A DNA stretch of 63,340 bases, the filler included, from Octopus bimaculoides (taxonomy: Eukaryota), in NCBI RefSeq assembly GCF_001194135.2. It is 7 parts of 6 records of this genome, joined end to end, with 100 filler letters (N's around TTAATTAATTAA, not from the genome) between each part and the next. Parts side by side here need not be neighbours in the genome. Positions count along the whole stretch, not along the records: positions 22,827 to 42,299 come from NC_068992.1; 6 more parts are not named here. The stretch is one strand, 5' to 3'. The notes beneath the pieces were generated by a model, which had not been told where the DNA came from, made no database searches, and saw only the letters and a list, made by a program, of their open reading frames with translations. A program made the translations under genes and the position numbers. This document shows, in pieces, positions 25,108-38,349 of the stretch; positions within the stretch are counted from its first letter, which is position 1, and each line of letters starts with the position of its first letter.

Positions 25108-25420
25108 ACTTGTTTTAGTCATTTAACGGTTGCGGCCATACTGGGGGCACCGCCTTGAAGGGTTTTAGTCAAACAAATCGACCCCAGGACGTATCGGTCT
25201 CTTTTACCAACTAAGTTACGAGGATGTAAAACACACCAACACCAGTTGTCAAGCGGCGGTACGACGGGCTTCTTTCAGTTTCCGTCTACCAAATTCACTC
25301 ACAAGGCTTTGGTTGGCCAGAGGCTATAGTAGAAGACACTTACCTAGGTGCCACGCAGTGAGACTGAACCCGGAGCCATGTTGATGGGAAGCGAGCTTCT
25401 TACCACACAACCACACAACC
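25108..25420 (-). mobile_element. SINE family A (central microsatellite deleted)
   Basis: Tail and head modules joined at gtcaagcggcggt|acgacgggc. Confidence 0.8.
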
Positions 25421-26181
25421 ATGTATATATGTGTGTACGCCAACGCCTATATATACGGAACATAATATCACAAGATAAAATACATATGCATATACATCCT
25501 TATATCTATTTATTCATAACCATGCTGCAGTGGTGCACTTCTAAATATCTACTGTACAGCTCTCTATTTCGATTATATGCAGATTTGTCTATTTAATTTA
25601 AGTTGTTATGCATGTAATATATAGAGGCCTATGATGTCACAAATTTCAGCTAAATCTTTACTATGGATCAGCATGCCATAGGAGACACAGTCTTTTGTAG
25701 AAATAAATAAAGCACATTTTTGTAGTCATAAACAAAAGAGAAGGTACCATTTTTGTTAAGAGATTGAGAAAATCATGTTTCATTACTGTTCTCGCTGTTT
25801 TGCCTCTGGTCAGCTCTTAATGAAGAAATCTATGATGAAAGCTATTTCAAATCTGACGAACCTATGTACTTTCTGTTTTTACTCTGGCATTACATATCTA
25901 GGAGTACATTATCCCTCGTGTCTCTCCATTTCCAAGACGACAAAGTGTAATCTGAGGATGATTTGACTGCTATTTCTAGCTGGTTGAATAATCCCCAAGA
26001 AGCAGGGGTGGAAAACTGTTTTCCGTATTAGGGTCAATTACTAAGTACATAAAAATTTGCTGGGAGCCAATTATACTGAAACAATAATGCATATTTAATT
26101 AATCAAATTCAATATTTTAAATGCAAATGTCGATCTTAAAGCGTATCTAAAATGTAATTTTTTTTGTACGGGTTTTTCAAG

Positions 26182-26274
26182 ATTTGGTTAGCGGAAAATT
26201 TCGTTCACTCACAAGTAGTTCCAGACCCCTGCTTCAGAGACTTGCTTATTGGTTTATGAAGGAATTATTCAGTG
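26182..26274 (+). CDS. Candidate symmetric phase-1 exon, DLVSGKFRSLTSSSRPLLQRLAYWFMKELFS
   Basis: gggtttttcaAG acceptor, 93 nt open, AGTG|GTGAGA donor; phase-compatible with the exon at 45814. Confidence 0.4.
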
Positions 26275-26334
26275 GTGAGAAGTAAACACAAAAACGAAGT
26301 GATGCACGCATACATACATACATACATACATACA

Positions 26335-26490
26335 ACGGGCTTCCATTCTGTTTCCTCCAACCAAATTCACATTGAAGACATTGGTCAGTCTATAGTAGAA
26401 TATACTTGTCCAAGGTGCCTCGCAGTGGGACTGAACCTGAAACTACATGGTTCTGAAACGAGCTTCTTACCCACACAGCCACACCTGCGC
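26335..26490 (-). mobile_element. SINE family A, 5' half
   Basis: caacgggctt...ccaaggtgcctcgcagtgggactgaacc...cacagccacacctgcg. Confidence 0.8.
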
Positions 26491-28492
26491 CAGTCTATTT
26501 AAATTATCTGTTTGAAAATTGGACTGAACTAACTTCTAATGCTGTGTCAATATTCTTTTGAGAAAGAAATTTTATCAAAATGTTTATTACTCAACTTTTA
26601 GAATAAGAGAATAGGATATTTCCCAATCTGGAAATCTGTATCATATAACTTGAACTTTGATTTCTGATACTTATATTTATTCAAATCTGCTTCACTGAAT
26701 TTCTAAGTTCTTCCTTTATAATATTATGCTATCTAACATCTGTTTGAGATAGAGAAAAATTCTTGAAAATATCCAAAGTAGCAATTATTTGGAAACTGTT
26801 AATAGAATTTTCAATTACTTTTTTCTACGTTTAATTTCTAAATAAATAAATAAATAAATAAATAGATAAATAAATAAATAGATAAATAAATATTTCTCTA
26901 TTACTAAAACTTAATTTCCATAATTTGTAAATGCATTTTTTCTCCATCCAGATGTTAGCCGTGTTGAAAAATTAATTGCAATAATATTTGTATAGAATCG
27001 CAAAATAAACCGATATTATTCCATGCAAATAGATAAATGAAAAAAATAGATAAATAAAGTCAAAATAAAAATATGATAAATAAAACGTGCACTGGTTTAT
27101 TTTAAATTGATTACATTTCAAAGACGCTTTTTTTCAATAACGTGATTTATCGATGCAATGTTGCATTGATCCCCTAGACACTACTTAATCTATTAATATT
27201 CCGATGTTGGTTCTTGTCCAATCTTCCATCTGATTGTAATACAGAGATTAGGTAATATAATAAATAATCTTTGAATTCTTTCGAAATTAATTCTGAAGAA
27301 AAAAAAAAAACATTAAGAGGCAAAGCAAAGAAGGAAAAAAGATGTTTTATATCTGACAAATTATTGAAATTCCTTGTATTGAAAACCCCAACAAAAGTAT
27401 AAAAATAACAGAAAAACAAACAAACAAACAAAATAGAAACAAAGCTTAATCACAGCAGATGCTGCCCGGAGCTTATGAAAAAGAAATGAAGAAATTGCAA
27501 AGGTAAAAATTAGCGGAAATCATAATTTTCTTACCTGTCTCTAATTCTGTTACAAATTTTGGCACAAGTCTAGCAATTTCAGTGGGCGGTAACTAGTCAA
27601 CTACATCGATCCCAGAATTTGACTGGTATTATATTCTATTGATTCTGGGAGAAAATCCTAAAATCATTGTTTTATGTATGGAAAATATTTATTACAGCTT
27701 CATGACTATCATGAAATACATTTTAAATAGTTTGTATTTTTCTCAATTTCCCAAATAATCAGCATGATAATAAAAAAAACTTAAACGAGAAGATATATTA
27801 GAAACGTAATTAAACATAATTGAATAGAAAGAATTTATATATATATATATATATATNNNNNNNNNNNNNNNNNNNNNNNNNNNNNNNNNNNNNNNNNNNN
27901 NNNNNNNNNNNNNNNNNNNNNNNNNNNNNNNNNNNNNNNNNNNNNNNNNNNNNNNNNNNNNNNNNNNNNNNNNNNNNNNNNNNNNNNNNNNNNNNNNNNN
28001 NNNNNNNNNNNNNNNNNNNNNNNNNNNNNNNNNNNNNNNNNNNNNNNNNNNNNNNNNNNNNNNNNNNNNNNNNNNNNNNNNNNNNNNNNNNNNNNNNNNN
28101 NNNNNNNNNNNNNNNNNNNNNNNNNNNNNNNNNNNNNNNNNNNNNNNNNNNNNNNNNNNNNNNNNNNNNNNNNNNNNNNNNNNNNNNNNNNNNNNNNNNN
28201 NNNNNNNNNNNNNNNNNNNNNNNNNNNNNNNNNNNNNNNNNNNNNNNNNNNNNNNNNNNNNNNNNNNNNNNNNNNNNNNNNNNNNNNNNNNNNNNNNNNN
28301 NNNNNNNNNNNNNNNNNNNNNNNNNNNNNNNNNNNNNNNNNNNNNNNNNNNNNNNNNNNNNNNNNNNNNNNNNNNNNNNNNNNNNNNNNNNNNNNNNNNN
28401 NNNNNNNNNNNNNNNNNNNNNNNNNNNNNNNNNNNNNNNNNNNNNNNNNNNNNNNNNNNNNNNNNNNNNNNNNNNTATATATATATATAGGT

Positions 28493-28652
28493 AGGTGCAG
28501 GAGTGGCTGTGTGGTAAGTAACTTGCTTACCAACCACATAGTTCCAGGTTCAGTCCTACTGCGTAGCACATTGGGCAAGTGTTTTCTTCTATAGCCTCGG
28601 GCCGACCAAAGCCTTGTGAGTGGATTTAGTAGACGGAAAGTGAAAGCCCATC

Positions 28653-28655
<3 letters not shown>
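28493..28655 (+). mobile_element. SINE family A, 5' half
   Basis: ggtgcaggagtggctgtgtggtaag...ggaaagtgaaagccc. Confidence 0.85.
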
Positions 28656-28702
<47 letters not shown>

Positions 28703-28850
28703 CTGTGTCTATATGTGTGTATGTATATGGCAGAAAAGGTGTATAGGTGCTTTAGTTTATTTCAAGTTCTCAAAAATAATGCCAATATGGTGGCGTGTAG
28801 TTGTGGGTGTTCGTATTTTATTTGGATATGCATATAACAGACGTTGTTCC

Positions 28851-28885
<35 letters not shown>

Positions 28886-28967
28886 GTCTGTCTATGTATC
28901 CATCTATCTATCTGTCTATCTATTTATACGTATGTATATGGATTTATGCAATGAAATNNNNNNNNNN

Positions 28968-29018
<51 letters not shown>

Positions 29019-29065
29019 ACACACACTCATATATACTTATATATGTGTATATAGATATACATATG

Positions 29066-29829
29066 CAGGTTGTTCCAGAAAGATTTTACTCATGTTCAAT
29101 ACTCTTCCTAAAGAATATCAGTTCTACATTTTGCATAAACATTTGCATATGTCTTTTGTTCATGTGTCTTTGGTTTAGTTCGTCTATAACAGGTTTGAAA
29201 ACAAACATGGCGTCGAAAGCAAAACGTGACAAGAATGTCGCTTTGAAAGCAGCTGGAGTGAGCAGCAAGGACATAAGAAAACTGTTGAATGTGTGCCGTA
29301 AAACAGCGTTCAATATTTCGAAACGAAATATGGAGTCCGCTACTACCTCCAGCAAGCCAATTCTTGGTAGGAAACGATCAATTTGTACGAAAGAAAGTGT
29401 TGAAGTCGTGAAGAAGCGAATGAACTGAAATTCTCGCAGGAGTGCAAGAAAAACTGAAAAGCTCTTGTTATTTGAAAGCCGTCAATTCACAAGATTTTTA
29501 AAGAGGATTTAAAGCTAACTGCATACATGATGCCCCTTGATAGTGTGGGGCGCAGTTGAGCGAGAGACCAACAAGATTCCTTGTAACACCAAAGATGAAC
29601 TGAACGCAAGAATTATGGCAGCATTCACCAAGTTAAACAAGGAGACCGTCCAGAAGAGTCGCAGGAGATTCCGAAGTCGTCTGGAGGCCATGGTTGGAGC
29701 CAATGGCGATTTTATTGAATAAATTTACTCTTTTGTATTTCTAGATACTTTTATGTAATTTTGGTAAATATATCTGTTAAAATGAGATGTCATTATTATT
29801 TTCATTTTTGCGTAATTTAGACGACAGTG
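29066..29829 (+). mobile_element. Internally deleted Tc1/mariner-superfamily transposon
   Basis: N-terminal HTH region (AAGVSSKDIRKLLNVCRKT..GRKRS) joined to C-terminal VWGAVERETNK..CNTKDEL..RFRSRLEAMVGANGDFIE*; TA-flanked end. Confidence 0.85.
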
Positions 29830-30171
29830 TATTCGTCGCATATATGTATAACACAAGATGTATAAAGTTTCTGATTCTGAATAAATAACATAGAAACTTT
29901 TCGATTATAAATTATAATTTCTAATAAAATTTAAAAACTGAAACATAAGTTTTTCATTATATATTTCATTATTTATTTCATTGTATATCTGCATATGTGT
30001 GAATTTATGGAAACATTAGAGAATCAATGAAATATACCATGTAATTAAAACTTCGTATTAAACAGTAAAAAGTTGTCTGGTTTAATATGTTTTTAAATGA
30101 GCAATAAATTGTCAATAAATTATCGGGGTGGAAACCGGCTTTATTACAATTTATGCAAATTTTATAACATA

Positions 30172-30445
30172 GGGGCAGGCGTTTTGTACGTGGTTAAGAA
30201 GTTCGCTTTGCAATCGCATGGTTTCAGGGACAGTCCCACTGCAAGCTATCTTTGGCAAGTGTTTCTGCTACAGCCCCGGACCGACCAATGCATTGTCAAT
30301 AAATTTCGTAGACGGAAACTGTGTGGAAGCCTGTCGTGTGTGTGTTTATGTTTGTGTATGTACGTGTGTGTATTTGTGTGTAAATTTGTCACCCACCAAC
30401 GCTTGGCAACCGGTGTGGGTTTGTCTACGTCTCCCTAACATACCG
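30172..30445 (+). mobile_element. SINE family A, older diverged copy, 3' truncated
   Basis: gtggttaagaagttcgc...gtagacggaaactg...cgcttggcaaccgg. Confidence 0.75.
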
Positions 30446-30820
30446 GTTCTGTTACTTGTTTCAGTCATTTGACTGCAGTCATGCTGGAGCACCACATTAA
30501 GGAATTTTAGTCGAAGAAATTTTTGTAAGCCTAGTATTTATTCTATCAGTTTCTTTTGCCGAACCGCTAAGTTACGGGGAGGTAAACACACCAACATCGG
30601 TTGTCAAGCGATGGTGTGTGTGTGTGTAGGGGACTAACACAGACACAAACACACAAATACACACACATACATAGGAGTGGCTTCTTGCAGTTTCCAAATC
30701 CACTCACAAGGCTTTGGTTAGCCTGGGGCTATAGTAGAAGACACCTGCTCAAGGTGCCACGCAGTGGGATTGAACCCAGAACCATGTGGATGTGAAGCAA
30801 GCTTCTTACCACACAGCTAT
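30446..30820 (-). mobile_element. SINE family A, near full length, inverted against the previous copy
   Basis: ttacttgtttcagtc...ccacgcagtgggattgaaccc...ttaccacacagc. Confidence 0.85.
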
Positions 30821-31815
30821 ACAACCATGTATATATGTGTGTACGCGTGTATTTATCTTTTACTCGTTCCAGTAATTTGGACTATGGCCATGCTGGGGCA
30901 CCACCTTAGAGGAATCGACGTCATTCGACTCTTTTAAAGTCTGATATTACTTGTGTTCAAGTTGTTTAGAACCTGGTTCGTTGCATTGCTTACTTCAAAC
31001 ACGGTCCACTGTGTCACTACACAGTGAAGAAACGAAACTTAATCTTCACTTGAACAAGAATGTTGCTATCAAGAACATATGACGTAAGAATGTGAAAATG
31101 ATTGTGAAAAAGTGAAATAGCTTTAAACGAAATATTTAACTGAAAGTTATTCAATTTCTGTTAATTACTATTTTTTTGCAACCAAGATGGGATTTTTGAC
31201 ATCTAACTGCGTATAAAAAGTGAAATATTTCATTATAGTCGAATTGTTTACAGACGTATTTTCCCCATTTTATTTACTTGGGATTTAGAATATTTTTAAT
31301 AATTTAAATCTACTTTTCGTTTCGTATATATTTTTTATACAATGACGTTTATTTACTTTTAATTATATTTTATTATTTATTTATATTTGTATTTTTATTA
31401 TGTTTTTGATGAAAATGTCAAGTTGAAACAAACAAGCAAACACAAAATACCTCAGAAAAATGACAAGTTATCATAGCTACCAATAGAAAATTTGTTCCTC
31501 CAGAGGTTTGCGTTATAATTAATTAATATCTAGAAGTAAACAAAAAGAAAGAAATGTTAAGATGCTTTATGAGAATAAAGTAAATATTTTATACTTTAAG
31601 TATTGCTTTTGAAACTTCTTGCATTTCGAAATTCAATTTAATTGAAATTAAAAACAAATTCTAATTATCACCCGGCAGCAAACTGGTGACGTCGTTAGAA
31701 TATTCGGTAGATATTTTCCCTCGTGATATTTATTCTTACTTCGTAAAATATTGAAACTTCCGAAGCGGGGCCTCACTACTGGATGCAGTTTAAAGTCATA
31801 CCCAGGACAAACATA

Positions 31816-32205
31816 TAGGAGGTGGTATCAAAAAGTTCCAGGATTAGTTCTGTAGCGCACCAACAGATGGCAGCACACGGTTGGGTGCGCAGTGAAAGCT
31901 AGGAGTGACCTTCATGAGGCAATGTACCGAGTGACATCGCTGTGTTTACTTCGCAGCTTGTGAAGTTTGTGCTTTTATGATCACATGTATGTTGTGGTCT
32001 GCGATTTATGTCATGGAGAGGATGTTGAAACAAAGAACCAACGTGAAATTTTAAACTAAACTTAAGGGTCTGCTACAGAGAAATTCAGCATGCTTTGACA
32101 ATCTTATGGTGACGTGGCAATGGGTCGTATGCAATGCTTCGAGTGGCACGGGCGCTTCAAAAGCGGAACAATGTCCCTGGAAGACGATGAGAGATCTTAA
32201 AGACC
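31816..32205 (+). mobile_element. Mariner-type transposon 5' end (TIR plus N-terminal HTH), decayed
   Basis: gaggtggtatcaaaaagttcc TIR-like start; KQRTNVKF..SATEKFSML*QSYGDVAMGRMQCFEWHGRFKSGTMSLEDDERS. Confidence 0.85.
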
Positions 32206-32519
32206 TTCCACGAGGTCCTGTTAATTATATTTATGGTAAGATTCCAAAGTCTTCGTTTTGGCGTGCTAAATCGGGGAATATCTCTGCAGAAAATGGTTTC
32301 TGCATCGAATATACCAACTTTGAGAACGTGGTTATGGTTTCTGCTTAATATTCTACAAATGCATTTGTTCCTGCTGCTACTACTACTATTACTATGAGTG
32401 CTACTACTACTACTACATTACTACTACCACTACTACTACTACCACCACACCACACCACCACCACCACTACTACTACTACTACTACGTATATACGTCTACT
32501 ATTAATGGTTTGAAAGATT

Positions 32520-32720
32520 GAGACAAGATGGGGTAAGATGGGGAGGGGGTGAATCGATTACATCAACTCCAGTGCTCAACTGGTACTTATTTTATCGACC
32601 CCAAAAAGATGAAATGCAAAGTCGGCCTCGGTGGAATTTGAACTCAGAACGTAAAGACAGACGAAATGCCGCTAGGCATTTGACCGGCGTGCTAATGAAC
32701 CTGCCTGCTCGCCGCCTTTA
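32520..32720 (-). mobile_element. SINE family B
   Basis: aatcgattacatc...ggaatttgaactcagaacg...ctcgccgcctt. Confidence 0.85.
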
Positions 32721-33114
32721 TACAATTATGAATAATAGTATACCGTGATGAAGATGAAAAACCAGAATGTTTACCTAGAGTGAGAAACAAGAGTAATTGT
32801 TTTATATAATATTTCAGTATTGTATCACACTTCATATACACCAACACACTGACATTTTATATATCCAGCCCACACAATTAATGAGAACAGTTTAATTTCA
32901 TTAAGTCCATTGTCGATCAATTCATTAAATTGTTTCTTATGATGTTTTAAAATTTATCCACCTCGTCGAAGCGCTGGTTTCAATAGTTTAGAGAAAATCT
33001 GTTAATATTATACTTTAACGTTAAGTGATTCGAACAACGCTAATTGACAGAATAGATATGTGGAAAATCAGATTTCAATAATTTTCGTGTAATACACACA
33101 CGCGCACACACAGA

Positions 33115-33300
33115 CGGGGGTGCATGTGGATTAGTGGATAGCGTGTTGCATTCATGATCATAAGGTTGTGGTTTCGATTTCTGGACCTGGCGATGTGTCA
33201 TCTTCTTGAGCAAAACACATCATTTCACTTTGCTCCAGTCCATTCGGGTAGCAAAAATGAGTAAACCTGTCACGAATCGGCGTCTCGTTCAGGGAGGAAT
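33115..33300 (+). mobile_element. SINE family C
   Basis: gtggattagtggatagcg...gtttcgatttc...ttcttgagcaaaacac...ttgctccagtcc. Confidence 0.75.
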
Positions 33301-33359
33301 GAATATACGCAACAGAATACAGGAAACCGGACTATGGGTCGGGAATGACAGTTGAACTT

Positions 33360-33394
<35 letters not shown>

Positions 33395-33799
33395 NNNNNN
33401 NNNNNNNNNNNNNNNNNNNNNNNNNNNNNNNNNNNNNNNNNNNNNNNNNNNNNNNNNNNNNNNNNNNNNNNNNNNNNNNNNNNNNNNNNNNNNNNNNNNN
33501 NNNNNNNNNNNNNNNNNNNNNNNNNNNNNNNNNNNNNNNNNNNNNNNNNNNNNNNNNNNNNNNNNNNNNNNNNNNNNNNNNNNNNNNNNNNNNNNNNNNN
33601 NNNNNNNNNNNNNNNNNNNNNNNNNNNNNNNNNNNNNNNNNNNNNNNNNNNNNNNNCTCTGGCCTTGTCTGGGGATTAGAAATGAAGACAAACTGCAGAC
33701 GGTAATAATCATCAGCTTTTTTAAAGGTAGAAATGAACAGATAAAACCCAAAATATATTATTCCCTTGGTCAAATTGAACGAAAACTAGAAGAAAAAAA

Positions 33800-34045
33800 A
33801 TTGTGGAGGCGCAATGGCCCAGTGGTTAGGGAAGCGGACTCACGGTCGGAGGATCGCGGTTTTGATTCCCTGACCGGGCATTGTGTGTGTTTATTGAGCG
33901 GAAACATCTAAAGCCCCACGAGGCTCCGGCTCTGTTGTACTCTTTCGCTCCGACTTTCTCTCACTCTTATTTCCTGTTTCTTGAGTAACGCTGCGATGGA
34001 CTGGCGTCCCGTCCAGCTGGGGGGAACACATACGCCATAGAAACA
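33800..34045 (+). mobile_element. SINE with family D tRNA head and a V-domain-like tail
   Basis: ggaggcgcaatggcccagtggttaggg...ttttgattccc; tail ctgcgatggactggcgtcccgtccag. Confidence 0.75.
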
Positions 34046-36321
34046 TTGTTAAAAAATTAGACCCGTCTATATCAGACAATACTTCATACAAATTATGTAT
34101 ATATGTGTCTGTGTCTGTGTCTGTGTGTCTATGTGTGTGTTATATACGTCCCTCTAGTGATGGCGCTTTGTACAAGGGAGATGATCCTCATTTTGTTACA
34201 TGCAGCGGGATTTGGAATTTGAATTTGTAACAAAGGAGTTACGCAGAAGATGCATAGTATTCTCATACTGAAATTTTTGTGTGTGCCTATTGCATCGCTC
34301 CAGAGCGAAGACATGTTACGATACAGGTAGAGAAATTTGAAAAGACAACACGAAACCGGTTATTTCTCCAAATACAATGTTTATATACCCAAAATTTAAT
34401 AACATTTTTCTGACATAACAATTTAAATATATACTTTAACCATGTAACACAAGCCTTCTGTAGTTTTTTCACTCTTGTTTATCTTTTATACATCCAACCA
34501 CGTACTTTCACATATCAACTTTCTCACCTATATATATATATATATATATATCTGAAGCGATGATTTATTTTCGACAGATTCCAAAGCAGATATGTTAGTC
34601 ACTGTTGTGTACGGTCAAGGGAATAACATCTCCCTTTTACTACGACAATGTGTTCATAACACATTCGGTTCATTGGAAAAAGGGGGTTTTGACTTGTAAT
34701 GTCTCGTAAGCTAGAACTACTCGGACCTTTGAGCCTAAACATGCCACTGACTCGGTTTTAGATTTTTAGCGAACAAAATGTCTGCTGATCAATGCTAAGC
34801 AATAAAGACATCTTCATTTGCATTGTATACAGCGAGATCTGAAAAGAATATTTGTATATTTATTCTTAATATGTTCCGTCAGATTCAGCGGAATATTATG
34901 TGTGATAATATGTGTGTGTGTTGTCTTGTGTTGTGTGCTTGTATGTATGTGTGAGGCTGTGTATCTTTTGCAGATATATCAGAAAATATAAGCGAAATAT
35001 GGAGACATCGGAAACTTAGAAAACGCCCTTGTCAATGTCGCCATTTTAAATATACTACACCAATGACTGGCCCGTTGGAAACCAGTAACAAACGACATCA
35101 TTATTCCTCAATGATGATAAAATGGATTAAATATTTGCTGTTTATTCTTTAAGACATTACCCTTACTACTTCCTTCCCTCCTTCCTTCCTTCCTTCCTTA
35201 ATGTAAATTAAACGACGTTCGATAAATATATTCATGACAAACATTCACTTCTTCGACCTAAACATTCTCACGTTGTTCTATATTTAATTAAAATCATTCA
35301 ATCTGGCATTTTGCTCCAAATGTAGTTTTAATGTCCACTTAATGTTAAATAGGATAAAAAGTTAATTTACAGGCGAACTCGGACAAATAGTTCGATAACT
35401 GACGAAGAAATAAAACAAAACAACAAAAACTTCAGATTACAGCAACAAAAATCTCTCTGCTCGTCTTTATATTTCCTTCTTAAAAAAATAAAAATTAAAA
35501 AAAAAGCAATTTGCTGAAATCAAAACAGTTCCTACCAGGACTATCAGGCATCGATATTCAATAATATTCTTACAACACTGACTTGAATTTATTTATGTTT
35601 TTTTGAATGTTTTATCGTCTGCTTTTCATTGAAGACATTATCTCAATAAACACGAAGGAAAGTACGAACAACTCATCAAAATTTATTACATTTTTATTGT
35701 TACGTCTACAGGGTTCATTTAATCATAAATACATTTTCTTTTCTCTTTCTGCAAGTTGAATCTGACAAGGAGTTATCCAAGATTATCACTAGCAATGTGG
35801 ATCCGAGAGATGTTTTACTAAGCGTGTCGATATGTTTAGATGCTTATACAGACATGTCATTTCTCACTTAACAACCACCTTCTTCCATTGATATTTGCTG
35901 ATGTTTTCTCAACGAGAATTCTTGAAAATCAGATACAAATAGGTGATGTTATTGAGTGAAATTTTGTCTGTGGCAAATAAGACAATGAAAAAGAGGAATT
36001 TCCGAAAGAATTCAATCAAAATTGGCTGTAGATATTACATTCAGGCTAACAACCAGCTGGATGAGAGTGACACCGAAGACATAGATAAGAGTAGTTTCAA
36101 GCAAATCACTGGAAACAGATAGACAATTGTCTGTTGACAATTGTTTTTACTTTGGAGTTTACTTTCGTTTGGTATAATTTTATTTGGTTTCGTTCAGACG
36201 TCAAGATGTTCAATAACGACGTCATCAATACAGCTATTGCATTTACATTTGAATCAATATATAGCATAGATGAATTTTGTTCCTTTTATATCAGTTAGTT
36301 AGAAGGAAGAGAAGAAAAAGA

Positions 36322-36386
<65 letters not shown>

Positions 36387-36859
36387 AAGAAAGAAAGAGA
36401 GGAATTATGACTTTTGCACACTTTCACTCCCGGACTGGTGATATTGACGCCTGAGATTACTATCCAGAACAGACGAACATTTGCAGAACGATAGCTGCAG
36501 GGAAAACCGTGTAGGAGCTTCCTCCTTTGGCTCATACTCATAGTGATGTTAAACAGTGCGACGGCATTTGTAGCAATGTTTTGATCAATCGGTTACGCAT
36601 TAATAATAATTTGTAGCAAGCGAATATGTATATTATTAATTTGGTATCTTGATTGGCAACCAAATAAAGTGGTCAACTTTAGAAGCATAACTATCGTCCT
36701 CCTACATTTTGTCAACAGCAGCAGCAGCAGCAGCCACCGTCGCCACCGTCGCAGCCACCACCGACACCGCCACAATCACCACCACCATCTTCTTCATCAT
36801 CATAATTATTAATAGTTATTATGTTGCTGNNNNNNNNNNTGTTGCTGATGGTGGTAGAA

Positions 36860-37082
36860 ATGGTGGCCGTGGGTATGATGATGATGATGACGACGACGAC
36901 GACGACGACGATGATGATAATGATGATGATGATGATGATGATGATGATCATGATCATGCGCATGCGCGCGCGCACACACACACGCACACACACACAGAGA
37001 CACACACACACATACAAACACACACACACACATACACACATACGCAGACACACACACACACACACAGACACACACACACACA

Positions 37083-37152
<70 letters not shown>

Positions 37153-37370
37153 TTCACAAACATACACAAAAAAGAATACATCACAAAACACACACACAAA
37201 CACACACACACAAACACATATATAAACGCGCATACACACACATACACACGAAAGAAAACATCGCAAAAAAACACTCACACACACGCAGAAACACAAACAC
37301 CCACACATACGCTTACACGCACATACGGACACATACATACAGCTGGTGACCACACAAATACACACAGGGA
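36860..37370. repeat. Compound microsatellite (GAT/GAC)n, (CA)n, (CT)n
   Basis: Direct reading; source of several spurious ORFs. Confidence 0.95.
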
Positions 37371-37580
37371 ATGACACTCAAAAGAATACATCTAACCCAA
37401 AAAAACGTCCTAATTCTTAAGTGTAGNNNNNNNNNNNNNNNNNNNNNNNNNNNNNNNNNNNNNNNNNNNNNNNNNNNNNNNNNNNNNNNNNNNNNNNNNN
37501 NNNNNNNNNNNNNNNNNNNNNNNNNNNNNNNNNNNNNNNNNNNNNNNNNNNNNNNNNNNNNNNNNNNNNNNNNNNNNNNN

Positions 37581-37613
<33 letters not shown>

Positions 37614-38000
37614 TACACACACACGCACATACAGATGGATATAACACTCATTCAATAAATGCTTTGTAGCCACTCCCTTGGCAGGAACATACAAAGATTT
37701 CTTTTAGACCTCTTCTGACATTCTATACTAAACTAAATTTAAAGAAGACTTCAATGAAAAATCTCCAGACATGTTCTTGCCCCCCAGACAGACGAGAAAC
37801 TATTTTTACTTCAAATTTTTATAAATTTTTACTGATATTTGATAAGATGAGATACATCAAAACCGGTGATATTTTCTTTATTTAATTTTAAAATCATTTT
37901 TATTGAATTTACTCTTAAATTGAAATGAAATTGAAATGACTTACTTCTGTACTACTTCCACCTCCATCATTTATATAAATAAATAAATAAATATATATAT

Positions 38001-38169
38001 AGGCGCAGGAGTGGCTGTGTGGTAAGTAGCTTGCTAACCGACCACATGGTTCCGGGTTCATTTCCACTGCGTGGCACCTTGGACAAGTGTCTTCTACTAT
38101 AGCCTCGGGCCGACCAAAGCCTTGTGAGTGGATTTGATTTGGTAGGCGGAAACTGAAAGAAGCCCGTCG

Positions 38170-38203
<34 letters not shown>

Positions 38204-38349
38204 AATGTGTATATGTTTGTGTGTCTGTGTTTGTCCCCCACAACATCGCTTGACAACCGATGCTGGTTTGCTTACGTCCCCGTAACTTAGCGGTTCGGCA
38301 AAAGAGACCGATAGAATAAGTACTAGGCTTACAAAGAATTAGTCCTGGG
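38001..38349 (+). mobile_element. SINE family A reference copy (A- and B-box head)
   Basis: ggcgcaggagtggctgtgtggtaag...gggttcatttcc...ccttggacaagtg...aaagaagcccgtcgt(TA)n...gaataagtactaggctt. Confidence 0.9.
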
